Part shown: piece after piece, positions 61,348 to 64,000 of the stretch | Layout of the letters: each line of letters opens with the position of its first letter | Numbering within the stretch: the first letter of the stretch is position 1 | Assembly: GCA_025210155.1 (NCBI GenBank) | Contig: JAOASE010000002.1 | Location: 2,853-66,852, forward strand | Source of the DNA: Alphaproteobacteria bacterium | GTDB lineage: Bacteria > Pseudomonadota > Alphaproteobacteria > Rs-D84 > CASDRH01 | DNA: 64,000 nucleotides | Direction of reading: 5' to 3' | Position numbers and translations under genes: made by a program | Notes under the pieces: generated by a model | The model's database searches: none | What the model was told of the DNA's origin: nothing | What the model saw: only the letters and a program-made list of their open reading frames with translations

Positions 61348-61443
61348 ATGTTAAGTTTTTAAATTATTATAGGAGGAAGATTTTAAAACATATTATTATT
61401 AAGTCAATAAAAAAGCCCTTCTTTTTGGAAGAGCTTTTGTTAG

Positions 61444-62283
61444 TTACATACCGACTTTAATTTCAGGTTGTTTTTTTATAATGTTATCTAATTCTTTAAG
61501 TTGAATTAGGGCATCTTTTAGATTTGCAAGATAGAATTGTTGAGATCTATCGCAAATTGCTTTTTGTGGGTTTTCATGAACTTCCATAAATACTCCAGCT
61601 ATTTTTTGAGATATACCTAATTTTGCAAGTCCAAGAACATATTTTTGTAATTGACCAATAGATTCTCCATTGTTGTCTCTTAGTTGAACTGGATGAGTGC
61701 TATCTAAAATTACAGGGTGTTTGAACTCTTTCAATTTTGGAAATGCAAGAGGGTCTACGAAAACTCTATCTCCGTTGAATGTTCCTCTTTCGATAAGCAT
61801 TACTTTTTCATTACCTGAGTCTATAACTTTTTGAGCTATTCTACCGTTCTCTTCTTTTTTTACAAATTGAGGAGATTTGATACTTACTATTTTTCCAGTT
61901 TTTGCTGCAGCAATTAATAGGTCTGTTTGTCTTGCAAGGAATGCTGGTATTTGTATTATATCAACATAAGGTGCAATCATTTCTGCCTGTTCTGGAAGAT
62001 GCATATCTGTTGTGGTAGGTATGCCAAGTTTTTCACGAATTTCTTTGAAAGCAGCCATAGTTTTTTCTAAGCCAAGACCTCTATCATTATATATAGTGGT
62101 TCTGTTTGCTTTATCAAAAGAAGCTTTGAAAATGAAATTAATTCCAAGTTCATCTGTTATTTTTTTGATTTCTGTTGCTAGGAAAACTAGCTGTTCGTGA
62201 CTTTCTGCAGCACATGGTCCTGCAATTAGAGTAAATGCTTCGTTATTACCAATATCGAAGCCGTTTAGACTTATTTTTTTCAT
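61444..62283 (-). CDS. kdsA: 3-deoxy-8-phosphooctulonate synthase (Kdo8P synthase), metallo (Cys) type
   Basis: LIAGPCAAES, FKASFDKANRTT, IQIPAFLARQTDLL, LDSTHPVQ and HENP..A.CD. Confidence 0.8.
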   Translation of the reverse strand: MKKISLNGFDIGNNEAFTLIAGPCAAESHEQLVFLATEIKKITDELGINFIFKASFDKANRTTIYNDRGLGLEKTMAAFKEIREKLGIPTTTDMHLPEQAEMIAPYVDIIQIPAFLARQTDLLIAAAKTGKIVSIKSPQFVKKEENGRIAQKVIDSGNEKVMLIERGTFNGDRVFVDPLAFPKLKEFKHPVILDSTHPVQLRDNNGESIGQLQKYVLGLAKLGISQKIAGVFMEVHENPQKAICDRSQQFYLANLKDALIQLKELDNIIKKQPEIKVGM

Positions 62284-62490
62284 TTTTTATCCTTTCTTAA
62301 TTTATAGTCTTCCTTTTAAAGACCGTATAAATTTGTAAAAAAAATCTTTTATAGTTAGCCATTCTAACGGTATAAAATCATAAATTTACTTAGTAAATGA
62401 TAATTAAAATTTGTTTGGAGTCAAACTATTTTGAAAATAAAAAAGAACCTCAATTGAGGTTCTGATTTTTTAAGATTGAAAATCCTATTT

Positions 62491-62853
62491 CTACTCAGCT
62501 ATTGGAGCAACGTTTTTATTTTCTTCAATCATCATTTCTTCTGAAATAGTTGTATCTGCTTTTTCTTCAATAGAAACTTCTTTTGTTTCAGTGTAGTTTT
62601 GTAATGCAGATTTTTCAGCTTTATGTTTGTTTGAAACTAGAATAGCTAATAAGATTGTGATAACAAAGAAAGCCATTCCTAACCATATAGTTAATCTTGT
62701 TAAAAGGTTTCCAGCTGATGAAGTGGTTAATACACCACCCATTTTGCCGCCGCCGCCCATTCCAAGAACGCCACCTTCACTTCTTTGCATTAGAATAATT
62801 GCTATTAATAAAATTGCTACTATTACGTCTAAAGTCGACAATATATTTATCAT
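62491..62853 (-). CDS. secG: preprotein translocase subunit SecG
   Basis: 120 aa with two TM helices, the second in a Gly-rich context GGVLGMGGGGKMGGV. Confidence 0.65.
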   Translation of the reverse strand: MINILSTLDVIVAILLIAIILMQRSEGGVLGMGGGGKMGGVLTTSSAGNLLTRLTIWLGMAFFVITILLAILVSNKHKAEKSALQNYTETKEVSIEEKADTTISEEMMIEENKNVAPIAE

Positions 62854-63115
62854 TTTTTAACTCCATCTTTTCCACATAAAATTGCGGAATTTAAAATAAT
62901 AATTTTGCGGTCATGTATTACTTATCCACTCCCTTAAAATTAATTTTATTCCACAACTTTCTGAAGAAAAATCTGGGTAAAAAAATTATACCTAAATTTG
63001 ATCTATGTGGAATTATTTTAATTCTTTTTTAATTTGTTGTAAGTTTAGCATTTAATTTTGTTTTTACAATAAAAAAAATCTCCCGATTGGGAGATTGATT
63101 TATTTTGTTGAAGCT

Positions 63116-63613
63116 TTAGCTCGCTTTAGAGAATTCTTCTTTTTTCATTTTGATGATTTTAGTTTCTTCTTCAAGCTTACTTTTTTCACCATCGTTTGAG
63201 AATTCTAGTTTTTCACTTGTGTCATCTGTACCTAGATAAACTGATAAATTAACAACACCTTTTTTATAATCTTTAATTATTTTTTCTGTTTTCTCTTTTT
63301 CTTCTTTTGGATCTACGTTTGACATTAAAAATCCGTGATGTTGTCTTCCGTAGTGCTTATTACTTTCTAGAATTTTTGTAAGTAAATCTTCTGAGTAACC
63401 AAGATATTTTTCTAAAAGAGAAAGTTCTATTTCATTTATAGAATGATAGTGAGCTAATTCGTTCAATCTTTCTAAAAGATATTCAATATGAGCTACTTTT
63501 TTAGGATTTGGTTTTTCCATAGAATCAAATTTATCTTTGTGGAAAAAGATTTTTTCTTTTAAATCGCTCAGTCTTTTTTTTAGAAAGCTATGTCTTCCGT
63601 CTATACTTTTCAT
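63116..63613 (-). CDS. hypothetical protein (165 aa)
   Basis: ORF followed on the minus strand by the terminator ATCTCCC aatc GGGAGAT and T8 (63078-63110). Confidence 0.3.
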   Translation of the reverse strand: MKSIDGRHSFLKKRLSDLKEKIFFHKDKFDSMEKPNPKKVAHIEYLLERLNELAHYHSINEIELSLLEKYLGYSEDLLTKILESNKHYGRQHHGFLMSNVDPKEEKEKTEKIIKDYKKGVVNLSVYLGTDDTSEKLEFSNDGEKSKLEEETKIIKMKKEEFSKAS

Positions 63614-63776
63614 ATTATTGTACCATCTTTCTTTTTTATAATTGTTGACTTATTTAAGCACACTTTTTTTTCCTTGTCAAGTTTTTGTTCTAATAATTTT
63701 ACTTGTTATTCATTGTGATTTTTGGTAGAATAACAATGTTTATTACTCTAAAAATGTATTAGAGGGGAGTTTTTTA

Positions 63777-64000
63777 TGTTAGAAGTTTTTAAAAAGTCTA
63801 AGAAATCTAAGAAAAGTATGAAGTTTGGCTTTGTTTTATTGGTTATTTTTGTTTCTTTTCTTATCTCTTTGAGGAATGCAGATTCACGTGTTTTAATTCC
63901 TGATTATGATGAAACCCCAGTTTCTGATTATAAAATGGAAGATGATTTTTATTCAGATAAATTTGTTTCTATGGATAAATTGCGTTCAGTTTCTAAAAGT
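63777..64000 (+). CDS. N-terminal fragment of a membrane-anchored hypothetical protein; the gene continues beyond the window
   Basis: ATG at 63777, a Lys-rich leader and then one TM helix FGFVLLVIFVSFLISL. Open to the window end. Confidence 0.3.

Overview
This is an AT-rich (roughly 30% GC by eye) bacterial chromosomal window with dense coding on both strands, standard genetic code, strong AG-rich Shine-Dalgarno sites and many clean intrinsic terminators. The gene content suggests a reduced-genome, probably host-associated alphaproteobacterium. That lineage call is an inference from a Ros/MucR regulator, an RF2 programmed frameshift, DUF374-waaA-lpxK-lpxL and gatCAB arrangements, and LPS/Kdo genes.

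Housekeeping genes I recognise: parC-like, obg, murB, tig, adk-like, aspS, gatC/gatA/gatB, miaB, ybeY, lnt, a MurC/Mpl-type ligase, prfB, rpmH, frr, fba, secG, ppaC, lpxC/lpxK/lpxL/waaA, two tandem kdsA paralogs, and two tRNA-Leu genes.

Accessory or unusual content:
- An island between parC and ppaC (about 3.8-8.7 kb) carries a KAP-family P-loop NTPase, a GC-rich candidate structured RNA that ends in a terminator, and a pyruvyl-transferase/glycosyltransferase pair bracketed by two divergent paralogous small proteins.
- Four tandem, diversified type IV pilin-like genes lie at 18.0-20.3 kb, with a non-canonical prepilin junction and C-terminal Cys pairs.
- A GT2-GtrA-ArnT-like (GT-C) glycosylation module has its GT-C gene broken by one in-frame TAG and one frameshift.
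- The gatCAB operon is interrupted by MazG-like, MBL-fold and NUDIX hydrolase genes.
- A modular family of dispersed palindromic intergenic repeats sits mostly immediately 3' of plus-strand genes.
- Clusters of lineage-specific hypothetical proteins occur at 37.4-39.4 kb and 41.6-44.5 kb.

I saw no CRISPR array, rRNA, transposase or integrase.
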